This document shows positions 35,515 to 44,645 of a stretch of DNA of 64,000 nt, piece by piece. Source of the DNA: a virus (taxonomy: Duplodnaviria; Caudoviricetes); IMG/VR virus record IMGVR_UViG_3300028615_000023, positions 554 to 64,553 of that record. The stretch is one strand, 5' to 3'. Position 1 is the stretch's first letter. The number at the start of each line of letters is the position of its first letter. The notes below the pieces were generated by a model, which saw only the letters and a program-made list of their open reading frames with translations, had not been told where the DNA came from and did no database searches. The position numbers and the translations under genes were made by a program.

Positions 35515-36834
35515 TTATGGTTCAATTGCAATCTGTTGTGCCGCCCCGGTCTGGAAAATCACCATGAGACGTGTCTTACCCGCACCATTGTCTTCTGCAT
35601 AAATTCGAGCAACATCTGTAGTACCGGATGGTGCGGACCCTTCCTCCGGCAATTGGATGGGACCACTGTTAACAACAAAGCCAGTACCTTCCGGTTCTAA
35701 TACTAAGTTATCATTACCTGCTGCTGTACCGCCTCCAACGACACGCACTGTTCCCGCACTGGCAGTACGTACCATCTCGATGCGTTCATAATTTGTTAAA
35801 TCATCATCGTCCCTAGTTACCGAAACAATACCGGTCCCCAATGTCGTCGGACCAACGCTCAAATGACCGCTTGCTGCTTGATACAATGCTGTATCAGTCG
35901 TGCCTCCAATAGTAGTTTTAAACTGAATGGAACGCATGACTTTTATTAGTACATTGTTGATATCAGTTATAAGAGCATACCCGCCACTCGTTTCGTCAAG
36001 CACACCAAAGAAACCTGAGCTATTATCAATAGCGGCGATAACATCACCCGAACCAGTAGGTTCCAACCGGATATTGACGTTATCACCACCAGTCCCCGCT
36101 GTTTGCGCTTGAAATAAGATGTTATTAAGAGCCGTGTCGATGCCAATGCGAACGCCCTCATAATCCGTCCCACTATCATCATCCCTTATCTGAATGAACA
36201 TATTACTAGGACCAGATGTTGTAGTAACGTTAAGCTTCTCGCTACCCGTCTTACAGCCAATGCATACATTACCTCCACCATAATTGATGGACGTGTTATA
36301 TGCGTTCTCACCATTAATAGTAAATGGTCTTGATGAAGCTCCTTCATAATTAACAACTACTGTACCACCCAAGGAATATCTACGTATACCTCCTAAATTA
36401 GTTGCTCCAGTTTCAAATGTTATGCCTTCGCCATTATTCTGAATTTCAAACTCTAATGCTGAAGGGGAACCCTGTGTAATACAAAAGAATGGACCATTAT
36501 GTCTAACACATTGTAGTATAGAACCGGATTCAGGTTTCCAGTCAACGCCCTCTGGATGAAATAATTGAGTTCCAGTAAAATCAATAGTTGTATTATTATC
36601 ATTTATTAATATCCATACTTGTTGACCCTCTACAGCATCATCTAAATAAGTAATAGTAGTTGGACTACTGTTATTAGTTATGAACCACGTACCTCCAGAA
36701 ACACTTGGAGTAGTATCACCATCGGAAAATACTTGAGCCGGTCCAAACTGAAACTCTGGACGTATAGCATCTTGAGCAAATGCCCAAGGAACAAACATTA
36801 GTAAATAAAACAAAAGTATGTAAAATAATTTCAT
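35515..36834 (-). CDS. tail-fibre-like protein with N-terminal signal peptide
   Basis: MKLFYILLFYLLMFVPWAFA-QD; Gly/Thr-rich beta repeats; C-terminal ARIYAEDNGAGKTRLMVIFQTGAAQQIAIEP. Confidence 0.65.
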   Translation of the reverse strand: MKLFYILLFYLLMFVPWAFAQDAIRPEFQFGPAQVFSDGDTTPSVSGGTWFITNNSSPTTITYLDDAVEGQQVWILINDNNTTIDFTGTQLFHPEGVDWKPESGSILQCVRHNGPFFCITQGSPSALEFEIQNNGEGITFETGATNLGGIRRYSLGGTVVVNYEGASSRPFTINGENAYNTSINYGGGNVCIGCKTGSEKLNVTTTSGPSNMFIQIRDDDSGTDYEGVRIGIDTALNNILFQAQTAGTGGDNVNIRLEPTGSGDVIAAIDNSSGFFGVLDETSGGYALITDINNVLIKVMRSIQFKTTIGGTTDTALYQAASGHLSVGPTTLGTGIVSVTRDDDDLTNYERIEMVRTASAGTVRVVGGGTAAGNDNLVLEPEGTGFVVNSGPIQLPEEGSAPSGTTDVARIYAEDNGAGKTRLMVIFQTGAAQQIAIEP

Positions 36835-36844
36835 AACTATTCTC

Positions 36845-37078
36845 CTAAACACCATATCTCGCCCACAAGTTATCACCACTTAAAGGAGCTGTACCTAAGG
36901 TTATAGTTGTGCCACTTATACTATATTCACCGACACCAGGACTTCCACTTCTTATTAAGGCTTGAACGCCATGAACTACTAATAAAGTCTCAATTATAGG
37001 CGCGCTACTGATAGTAAACGTTTTATTAGATCCATCTTTAGTACCAGCTAAATCCTCTATTGTATAAGTAATCGCCAT
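36845..37078 (-). CDS. small virion structural domain protein
   Basis: GTKDGSNKTFT...EYSISGTTITLGTAP..GDNL; paralogous to the C-terminus of 37078-37848. Confidence 0.6.
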   Translation of the reverse strand: MAITYTIEDLAGTKDGSNKTFTISSAPIIETLLVVHGVQALIRSGSPGVGEYSISGTTITLGTAPLSGDNLWARYGV

Positions 37079-37848
37079 TATACATTCCTATATTGAACAA
37101 TTAAGTCCTCATATGTTTGCACTTCATCACCCGTAGTTATAGTAGTTCCACTGATAGAGTACTCCGCAACACCTGGAGCCGACGCTACACGATATAAATA
37201 CATTCCCGGTCCCGATGGGGTACTACGGCGAAGAAGAACTGTTAACGTATTAAGATCGGGACTATTAGTAATTGTAAACGTATTTCCAGGCTTTGCTCCA
37301 GCGGCTTGTTCTATATTCCATACTCCAGTATCCGCACTAGGAGTACTAACAACCGGAGGGTCAGTATCAGTAAACACGTTTCCTACTATCTGAATTTCTG
37401 AAGTGGCAAGTGTTCTATTAAACTTAGTTAATTTCTTAATATCAGCATTATTACCAACCCAATTACCACTCGCATCTATAGGATTCGAATCAGTAGGAGT
37501 ATGTTTATAAACATTATCCTCGAACCATACTAGTGTACTTAGATCGTCAAGATTATTAGATGGTGCAAAACTTAGAGATTCAGACTTAGCACTATCAAAC
37601 CCTATACCTAAAGGAATAGCAGCGGATTGCCAGTTGAATCTAGGTTCATCAACAGCTACAGAATGACTTTGTAAATCTCTATAAGTGGCACTATCAGTAG
37701 AAGCTCTAGTAAACGTTATGTCACCCCTACCTATAGGTAATTTAAGATTACCAATTAACGGTGCATAAAAGACAATACTTCTAAAGATAGTTCGAGGCAA
37801 TCTATTAAGATCAGAGTCAGCTAATAAGTATCCTACAATCGACGGCAT
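37078..37848 (-). CDS. tail fibre/accessory structural protein
   Basis: ITFTRAST...VAVDEPRF motif; C-terminal EYSISGTTIT. Confidence 0.6.
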   Translation of the reverse strand: MPSIVGYLLADSDLNRLPRTIFRSIVFYAPLIGNLKLPIGRGDITFTRASTDSATYRDLQSHSVAVDEPRFNWQSAAIPLGIGFDSAKSESLSFAPSNNLDDLSTLVWFEDNVYKHTPTDSNPIDASGNWVGNNADIKKLTKFNRTLATSEIQIVGNVFTDTDPPVVSTPSADTGVWNIEQAAGAKPGNTFTITNSPDLNTLTVLLRRSTPSGPGMYLYRVASAPGVAEYSISGTTITTGDEVQTYEDLIVQYRNV

Positions 37849-37857
37849 AGTTAACTC

Positions 37858-38727
37858 CTATACAGAAATAATATCTACTCTATGTTTCGCTTTTGCTTTA
37901 CTAATATTAACACCTTCACAAGATATAAACTCTACCATTTTCAATACAGCATTCGTCCAGTCTACTCCTGTAAAATCGCATGCTATGAATTTACATCTAT
38001 GAAGTATAGCATCTTTTAAATTTACTCCTCTAAAGGAACAATTAACACACTTACGAAGGAACGCTATATTAGCTTCTTCCATATTAACAAAAGAGAAATT
38101 AACATCTTTGAACGAAGTAGTAGCTGCACCGAATTTTAATCGTTTACAATCTGCTCTACTAAAATCGGACTTATTAAAATCGCTTGCTACAAACAAAGCA
38201 TCTCGAAGTATAGCTTCTCTGAAATCAGTTCCATGAAACGTAGAACTAATAAACTTTACATCAGATAAATCAGCAAGCTGAAAATTAACATTAGATGCAT
38301 CAATCTTTCTTAGGACTATTCCGCATGCTCGAACTGCTTTCATTATGGAGCCTTTTAATGAAACAGACTCCATACTAAGTCCTGAAAGACTAGACTCTAG
38401 AAAATTAGTTTTCTCTAGATTAGCATCATTCAGAATTGTATCTTGTATAGAAGATAGTTTGATAGTTGACCCGCTTAAATCAACGCCTTCCATATCACAG
38501 TGGGCAAACCTCGCCTTATCTAATATCATATTTTGCATCTGAAGTTTAGCAAGAGATACGCGCCTTAACTTCAAACCTATGCAACTTAATCCATTGAACG
38601 GATCAGTGAACTTAACATCTTCAAACAGTAACTCTTTTGGAGACAACTCATTGAGCGAAGAAATGAGATCATTAGCTTTCTCACTTAACACTCTTTTGTT
38701 GCCATCACTATCAAATATATAATACAT
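37858..38727 (-). CDS. pentapeptide repeat protein
   Basis: Continuous A(D/N)L/F-xx pentapeptide repeats. Confidence 0.9.
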   Translation of the reverse strand: MYYIFDSDGNKRVLSEKANDLISSLNELSPKELLFEDVKFTDPFNGLSCIGLKLRRVSLAKLQMQNMILDKARFAHCDMEGVDLSGSTIKLSSIQDTILNDANLEKTNFLESSLSGLSMESVSLKGSIMKAVRACGIVLRKIDASNVNFQLADLSDVKFISSTFHGTDFREAILRDALFVASDFNKSDFSRADCKRLKFGAATTSFKDVNFSFVNMEEANIAFLRKCVNCSFRGVNLKDAILHRCKFIACDFTGVDWTNAVLKMVEFISCEGVNISKAKAKHRVDIISV

Positions 38728-38947
38728 TATTGATTTTCTTTCTTTAAAAGTTTCTTTCTTCTAACATCGACTCTATCAATAATTCGTCGCTCCTGAATAT
38801 CCTTCCAGTCCTCTTCATCAATATCTTGACCAACTAACAAAAAGGCTCGTTTATCGTCTTGGATGGATCTTGATCACCTGACATAACAACAGTTCCCTTT
38901 AACATTCCAGTAATATGATCGTATAGTACAATTTTCTTTTCTCTCAT
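38727..38947 (-). pseudogene. small gene after the tail tip interrupted by a frameshift
   Basis: MREKKIVLYDHITG...GDQDP, then a -1 frame QDDKRAFLLVG...KKENQ*; total length 221 nt. Confidence 0.55.
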
Positions 38948-38958
38948 TGATCTGTCCT

Positions 38959-41900
38959 TTACTTCTTCAATTCGATGGCCTGTAACCGTACATTGTTCGC
39001 ACTCGTGCCAGATGCACCACCGGTAAACAACTTTGAATACATTCTATAAGTATGCGATGCAGCCGTGGGTGTATCAATATGCTGACATAGAACCTGAACC
39101 TCTTCACTATCGGCTGGGCTATAGTGCATCGCGGTATCCATCAAAGTCCCCTGACCAGTATCAGCAGTTCCACCCCGTCTCAATTCAAAACCTAACTCCG
39201 CATCACCGTTTGCAGGCCACATAACAGCTTTTGCAATAATTAAAACAGGTTCGCCAGTGGTTGTTATTGTTACTTCCCCAATATCCGTTCCGTCCGAGCC
39301 TTCTTGTAACGTATCATTCGTATAAGACTGGAAAGCTGTGGTCGCATCATCAGCAATCTTACCTGTTGTAACTTGAAGGTCATCAATCTTAGCTGTTTTA
39401 ATTGACGCATTGTTAATATGTATAGTATCAACAAGAGCATTCTCAATCTGCGCAGCTACAGTAATAACTGCAATATCTGTTCTTAACTCACTACCAGTAA
39501 TAGTATTTGCTTCGATCTCTGTAGCTGAGACAGCGCCCGTATCAATCTTACCTGCTACAACTTGTGCTGTTCCTATTGTTCTAGCTATGATTTCACTTGT
39601 AGCAATATCTTCTTCACGAATTGTTCTGAATGAGATTTTAGATGTAGTTACTGCGCTACCATCTAACTTAAGATTCTCTACAGCAAAATCAGCAATCTCA
39701 GATGTATCAACTGCTTCTGCAAAAATCTTAAGTTGAGTAATAGAATCATCGACTAATTCAGCAGTATCAACACCCGCTGTAGTTGCGCTTACTCCAGTAG
39801 TATATGAACCTGTTACTCCATTTACTTTAACAGCACGTATACGATACCACTTAGTAACTCCTCTACCAACCTGCTCATCAACATAACTAAGTCCATCAAT
39901 AAAAGCTAAAGTTACTACTCCAATTGAAAAACCGGAATCATCTGCACGCTGCACTTCATAACCTGCAAGTTCAAAATAAGCTTCAGGATTCAAGTTCCAT
40001 GAAAGACCAATTGCAGTTATAAAACCTGTAGCTGATAAACCTGTAGGTGTAGCCGGAGGGTCAGCACTGGTTACGTCACTATCCTCAACTCCTGTTAATG
40101 TTGCTCCGGTTCCTGAATCAATCCATGCGCTTTGGTTTCCAGTATAGTCAACACTTCTAGCTCTTGCCCATATTTCCGTATCAATAGATTCTAATGGTAA
40201 TAAATATGATTTCCTAACTACAAGTGTTCCACTAGGAGATTGATCAGAAACAGCAGAAACTCTATCTGATTTAACTAATGTTCCGCCTATAGAACCTCTT
40301 CTTAACTCAATATCAACTCCACCGAAATCAGCAGCTAAAGGTGCGGTTAAATCAATCTGAACTTCCACAGATTTAAACTCAGCTTCAATCGAAACAGTAG
40401 TAGGAGCAGCCGGAGCACTAGTATCTCCAACAGTAGTTATACTTTTTTCCCATCTGCCAACAGTTCTAAATTGTCCGGATCTAGATACAGGAGTAAATCT
40501 ATAATTAAAAGTCTCTCCTGAATTAGTACTAAGAATATCGTGAGTAGTCCCTCCAGCAGTGAATAAGTGAATCCATGCACCATCATTATCTTCCTCAGAT
40601 ACTTCTACCCTAAAACCACCATATTCCCCAACATCCTCCCACTCCACTTCATATTCACTTGTATTATCAGGATTAACATTCCATGCTTCAGTAACAGTTG
40701 CTATCTTAGTGCTTTCTACATAATCTCCAATACTTCTCTCTTGTCCAACTCCGGTACCAGCTACTATCCTAATAGTCGAACCATTATAATAATCATCAAC
40801 TCCAGCAGCATCACTATCTAATGTAATAGTATTTGAAGCTCCAGCCTGAGCAGTACCAGCTTCAATAAGTGGACCAGGAGTTACTGAAAAAAGTAGATTA
40901 GTTCTAGTTGATCCATCAACATTAATAACAACTTCCTCTGTAACAGCAACATCTCGTAAAGGAGTCGGTAATTCAGGAATAAGAGAAAATGATCTACGTT
41001 GAGATTTTGAAGGAAGTATTTCCTGAGTATAAACATTAGGAACATATTCACTAACTAATAATTTGAACTGACCTTGTTCATCAGGTCCTTCTATTTCCTT
41101 AACTCTTACGTCAACAACATGATTATTTTGTTCACCTAATACCCATATCGCACCACCCTTAGGGGTTTTAGTAAATGAAGAAATATTAACTTCCGTCCAC
41201 GTTCCTGAACCGGTTAGTACCGTATGAGACTCAACGCTAGTATCATTCTCTTCTTGATGATATATAGTTAATATATAAGTTTTAGCAGGATCAAGTGTAA
41301 CTGTAATCCCAAGACTTAACTTATTAGATGTTGCCGCTCCGTTCTGGACAAAACCATTCCATCCACGTTTATTATTCGTCGTCGGATAAGTAAGTTGATG
41401 AATATCAAACGGTTCAGAAATAGCAGCATTCATTGGAGTCTTAAACGTCCAATGTCTCCTTACTAGAGCAGACTTCTTAACTTCATACATCAACTCTCTA
41501 TACACATTAGATGGTCGAGTTAATGTTCTATATGTTCTTCTCCCTGGATTTAAAGGTTCAAGTAAAGCACTAGTCTGATCACCTGGATCGGTTAATATTC
41601 CAGTATCAATAAAGTCCCGAACAGAAGTTAAGTAATCATCATCTTCATTTTTAAAATCACCTGCAAATGCATTATAGGTTTCTTCTCTTCCTATTTCAGT
41701 TTCCAAGCTAGAGGCAATCATATTAGTTCCTCCAGCATACGGAAACCCCGGTGTTCCGGCCTTATCTACAACTAATTTCCATTGGCCACCGGACGGAAAT
41801 ATTACACCTCTACCTTCAGCAGCAACGGTTTTAATAATATCCCAACCGTTACCATTTTCATTTAGTAGGAAATCACACCTATCTCGTTTCTCTTGTGGAT

Positions 41901-43203
41901 CACCTGGGAATCCATCAGTCAATTCATCCCAATAATTAGCTGCGTCAAGGAATGATTGTTTATGTATCTCATCGGCTTCTATTCTATGACCTAACCCAAC
42001 TTCATCATGAGTTAATAGATCCCTAATAATCCATGATCTATTATCTGTAAATTGCAGCGTTTCACTGGCACCATTCCAAACATTAGCATGTTTACCTTGG
42101 GATAAAGCACTAACACGTAGGTTTTGTAAGCTTCTAACTTGATCACCTGGAATGTTCTTAACTGCCAAAAGTGCAAAGTTATCATAAGTTTCTGTACGAA
42201 ACTGTATTTCAATAACATTATAAAGAACAGCATCTCCTACAGCAGTGGAACGATCATTAAGAGCAGTGATTCTAATATCCCATTTATCAGTATTAGGAAG
42301 ATCAAGTTCATAAGTAAAATAAAACGCAGCTTGGCTTTTCTTTTTAATAGTTAAGTTAGCTTCAGCAGTTACCCAACTACCTCCACCGTTAGGCTTATGC
42401 TCAATCTTATATTCATATTTCGCAGCGGCGCGGCCACCATCACCCTTATTTCTAAAGATACCTGTAGGCCAACCAAATACTAACCTAACTCTATCAACAG
42501 AACTACTTTGCGTAGTATAGATTATTGGAGTACCTTCAGTAGCAGGGTCCTCAGGTTCAGGTATGGAACGATTATCATGAAAAGCATTCTTAACTTCATC
42601 GAACCCAGGGATTAAGGTATTTGCTCCCGCACCTAATCTTACTTCAGTAGTAACTCCTTCAAAGTTACTTAAGTCTTTATTGTTAATCTGAATGTCAGTA
42701 ATAGATTCGTAACCATCACCTCCTGTATTCCCCATAAAATACAGCATATCAGCGACCATACCATCGCCTTCAGGTTTAGTCTTAATATCTGAACCTATTA
42801 CTAATCCAAAAATTCTTCGTGTACCCCAATGTGTAAATAAAGGAGTGCCTTCTTGAGTAGTGTTCTCAAGTCCGGCAATACCATGAACTTCTTTTCTATT
42901 ATTAAGATTTGGTGTATTAGGAGTAGGTTGCATTGTCAGGCTAATAATAGCCATAACAAGAGACAACACCACAGAAATAATAGCAAAGATAACCTTAGCT
43001 TCTACAAATAAATCAATCTTATCATTCTTAGTAGGAACAAAAGGTTTCCAATCATCTAACGGATCACCATTTACAAGTACCTTAATAATACCATTGGCTT
43101 GCTCACCGAACATATCACCTAAGGACTTGCCGTTATTATTAAATGAGTGGCGTTCAACGTCGCCATCGGGTGTATGAACTCTTAATAACATTCTTCTATC
43201 CAC
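38959..43203 (-). CDS. tail tip / host-specificity protein (lambda J-like) with N-terminal gpI-like region and FN3 domains
   Basis: 1414 aa; EVRLG, WIIRDLLT...GLG, FN3-like PATPTGLSA; C-terminal fibre repeats. Confidence 0.85.
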   Translation of the reverse strand: MDRRMLLRVHTPDGDVERHSFNNNGKSLGDMFGEQANGIIKVLVNGDPLDDWKPFVPTKNDKIDLFVEAKVIFAIISVVLSLVMAIISLTMQPTPNTPNLNNRKEVHGIAGLENTTQEGTPLFTHWGTRRIFGLVIGSDIKTKPEGDGMVADMLYFMGNTGGDGYESITDIQINNKDLSNFEGVTTEVRLGAGANTLIPGFDEVKNAFHDNRSIPEPEDPATEGTPIIYTTQSSSVDRVRLVFGWPTGIFRNKGDGGRAAAKYEYKIEHKPNGGGSWVTAEANLTIKKKSQAAFYFTYELDLPNTDKWDIRITALNDRSTAVGDAVLYNVIEIQFRTETYDNFALLAVKNIPGDQVRSLQNLRVSALSQGKHANVWNGASETLQFTDNRSWIIRDLLTHDEVGLGHRIEADEIHKQSFLDAANYWDELTDGFPGDPQEKRDRCDFLLNENGNGWDIIKTVAAEGRGVIFPSGGQWKLVVDKAGTPGFPYAGGTNMIASSLETEIGREETYNAFAGDFKNEDDDYLTSVRDFIDTGILTDPGDQTSALLEPLNPGRRTYRTLTRPSNVYRELMYEVKKSALVRRHWTFKTPMNAAISEPFDIHQLTYPTTNNKRGWNGFVQNGAATSNKLSLGITVTLDPAKTYILTIYHQEENDTSVESHTVLTGSGTWTEVNISSFTKTPKGGAIWVLGEQNNHVVDVRVKEIEGPDEQGQFKLLVSEYVPNVYTQEILPSKSQRRSFSLIPELPTPLRDVAVTEEVVINVDGSTRTNLLFSVTPGPLIEAGTAQAGASNTITLDSDAAGVDDYYNGSTIRIVAGTGVGQERSIGDYVESTKIATVTEAWNVNPDNTSEYEVEWEDVGEYGGFRVEVSEEDNDGAWIHLFTAGGTTHDILSTNSGETFNYRFTPVSRSGQFRTVGRWEKSITTVGDTSAPAAPTTVSIEAEFKSVEVQIDLTAPLAADFGGVDIELRRGSIGGTLVKSDRVSAVSDQSPSGTLVVRKSYLLPLESIDTEIWARARSVDYTGNQSAWIDSGTGATLTGVEDSDVTSADPPATPTGLSATGFITAIGLSWNLNPEAYFELAGYEVQRADDSGFSIGVVTLAFIDGLSYVDEQVGRGVTKWYRIRAVKVNGVTGSYTTGVSATTAGVDTAELVDDSITQLKIFAEAVDTSEIADFAVENLKLDGSAVTTSKISFRTIREEDIATSEIIARTIGTAQVVAGKIDTGAVSATEIEANTITGSELRTDIAVITVAAQIENALVDTIHINNASIKTAKIDDLQVTTGKIADDATTAFQSYTNDTLQEGSDGTDIGEVTITTTGEPVLIIAKAVMWPANGDAELGFELRRGGTADTGQGTLMDTAMHYSPADSEEVQVLCQHIDTPTAASHTYRMYSKLFTGGASGTSANNVRLQAIELKK

Positions 43204-43583
43204 CTATGTCTGAACACACGAATCTTAAATTGCTCGATTAGCGCATCGTCGCCAATAGCAATACCTGTATGCAAATCACTTTGATAAATCTTAGTTCCTT
43301 GAATAACAATTGCAAGATGAAACTTAGGTCCATAACCATACCTATATCTATACATATTAACATCTAAGAATCTAGGATGATCACGACCCGCATCTATATC
43401 AGGTTTTACATTCTTGACATACCGTCTTTTAATGTTACCAAAAGACGACTTAGCAGACGGAAAGCCAAACCGCACAAATAAATCACGTACAGCACCATAG
43501 CAGTCAAACTCACTATGAGGTTTACCACGCATTGACTCCATGTATGCAATGATTTCTTTCTTAAGTTCATCAGTTATAACCAT
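43182..43583 (-). CDS. NlpC/P60-like tail assembly protein (gpK-like)
   Basis: GKP...FDCYG and FHLAI; position in the tail module. Confidence 0.65.
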   Translation of the reverse strand: MVITDELKKEIIAYMESMRGKPHSEFDCYGAVRDLFVRFGFPSAKSSFGNIKRRYVKNVKPDIDAGRDHPRFLDVNMYRYRYGYGPKFHLAIVIQGTKIYQSDLHTGIAIGDDALIEQFKIRVFRHRWIEECY

Positions 43584-44089
43584 TAGAATATCCTTATACC
43601 GGATTTTACTATTCCAGGTAAATTCTTAACAAGTGCTACCTGCTTAGGTAACTTATCTCGTACTCCAATGTCTTTAGTGACTGTTACAGAAGCTACTTGT
43701 CTATTAGCTCTTATTCCTTTGATCTTATATTTCATAGACCAAAAGTTAGTAAGTGTAGCTAATAAATCCTTATGCAATAATTGAAGAAGTATTTCATTCT
43801 CAGTAATATCTAGTTCCTCAATATAATCTTCTGCAACACCTCCAATATTAGATATTGTGACTGTCGCGCTAGGAAGTGACATTGTATTTGTTAACTTAAC
43901 TTTTCCCCATGCCATACGAACTGGATCATATGTATTTCCATTAAATGAAAAGGAATCCTCAACATCAGCCCAATATTCATAAGTCGGAATATCGGGATCA
44001 ATTGTTATTCTAACAGTCTTAATAAAGACACCTCCAGCCCATGTTCTATTAAGTTTATCAATATAGTCAGCATCTAAAGTACGTGCCAT
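43583..44089 (-). CDS. minor tail protein (gpL/DUF1833-like)
   Basis: FNGNTYDP...ATVTISNI; synteny. Confidence 0.6.
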   Translation of the reverse strand: MARTLDADYIDKLNRTWAGGVFIKTVRITIDPDIPTYEYWADVEDSFSFNGNTYDPVRMAWGKVKLTNTMSLPSATVTISNIGGVAEDYIEELDITENEILLQLLHKDLLATLTNFWSMKYKIKGIRANRQVASVTVTKDIGVRDKLPKQVALVKNLPGIVKSGIRIF

Positions 44090-44090
44090 G

Positions 44091-44645
44091 TTACACCTGA
44101 GGAGTTTCTTCTAAAATAATACCACTTTCACTGTAGCTTTTAAATTGATCAGCTATTTCAAACATAGCTTCTCCTTCATGAGCAATAACTACAGGAAACT
44201 CCATCCAATATTCAGCTTCTAAAACTACATCCGCGCCTGGAGCCGCATCAAAAGTTAATGATCCAGTCGATTCTACTAAAGTCCATCCACCTTGTATATT
44301 CCCATCTTCATAAACAATAAGTGTAGGCTTTATTATGTTTCGGTTTGGTAATAACCACTGTGTTCTAGTTCCATCCCCTATACCAAATGGTTGTTTGCTA
44401 GACATACGACCAAACTGGCCGCCATCAAACCAAAATACTGTATCCCCTTGATGCAATCGAAAGAAATATAAAGCATCTTCCATCTCTTCCTTATTATCTC
44501 TTTCGAAATCAAACAAGAACCTAGCAACGTCTCTTTCCCTAACTCGTCTATGCTTTTTAAAAGCTCCTCCCATATCATCTCTTAAAGTTAATGATTGAGG
44601 AATTAAACGAGGAGGAATTGTAATAGTAGGAACCCAACCTATCAT
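44091..44645 (-). CDS. distal tail protein (DUF2460-like)
   Basis: FGIGDGTRTQW.L...TGSLTFDAAP...EFPV; follows the tape measure gene. Confidence 0.7.
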   Translation of the reverse strand: MIGWVPTITIPPRLIPQSLTLRDDMGGAFKKHRRVRERDVARFLFDFERDNKEEMEDALYFFRLHQGDTVFWFDGGQFGRMSSKQPFGIGDGTRTQWLLPNRNIIKPTLIVYEDGNIQGGWTLVESTGSLTFDAAPGADVVLEAEYWMEFPVVIAHEGEAMFEIADQFKSYSESGIILEETPQV

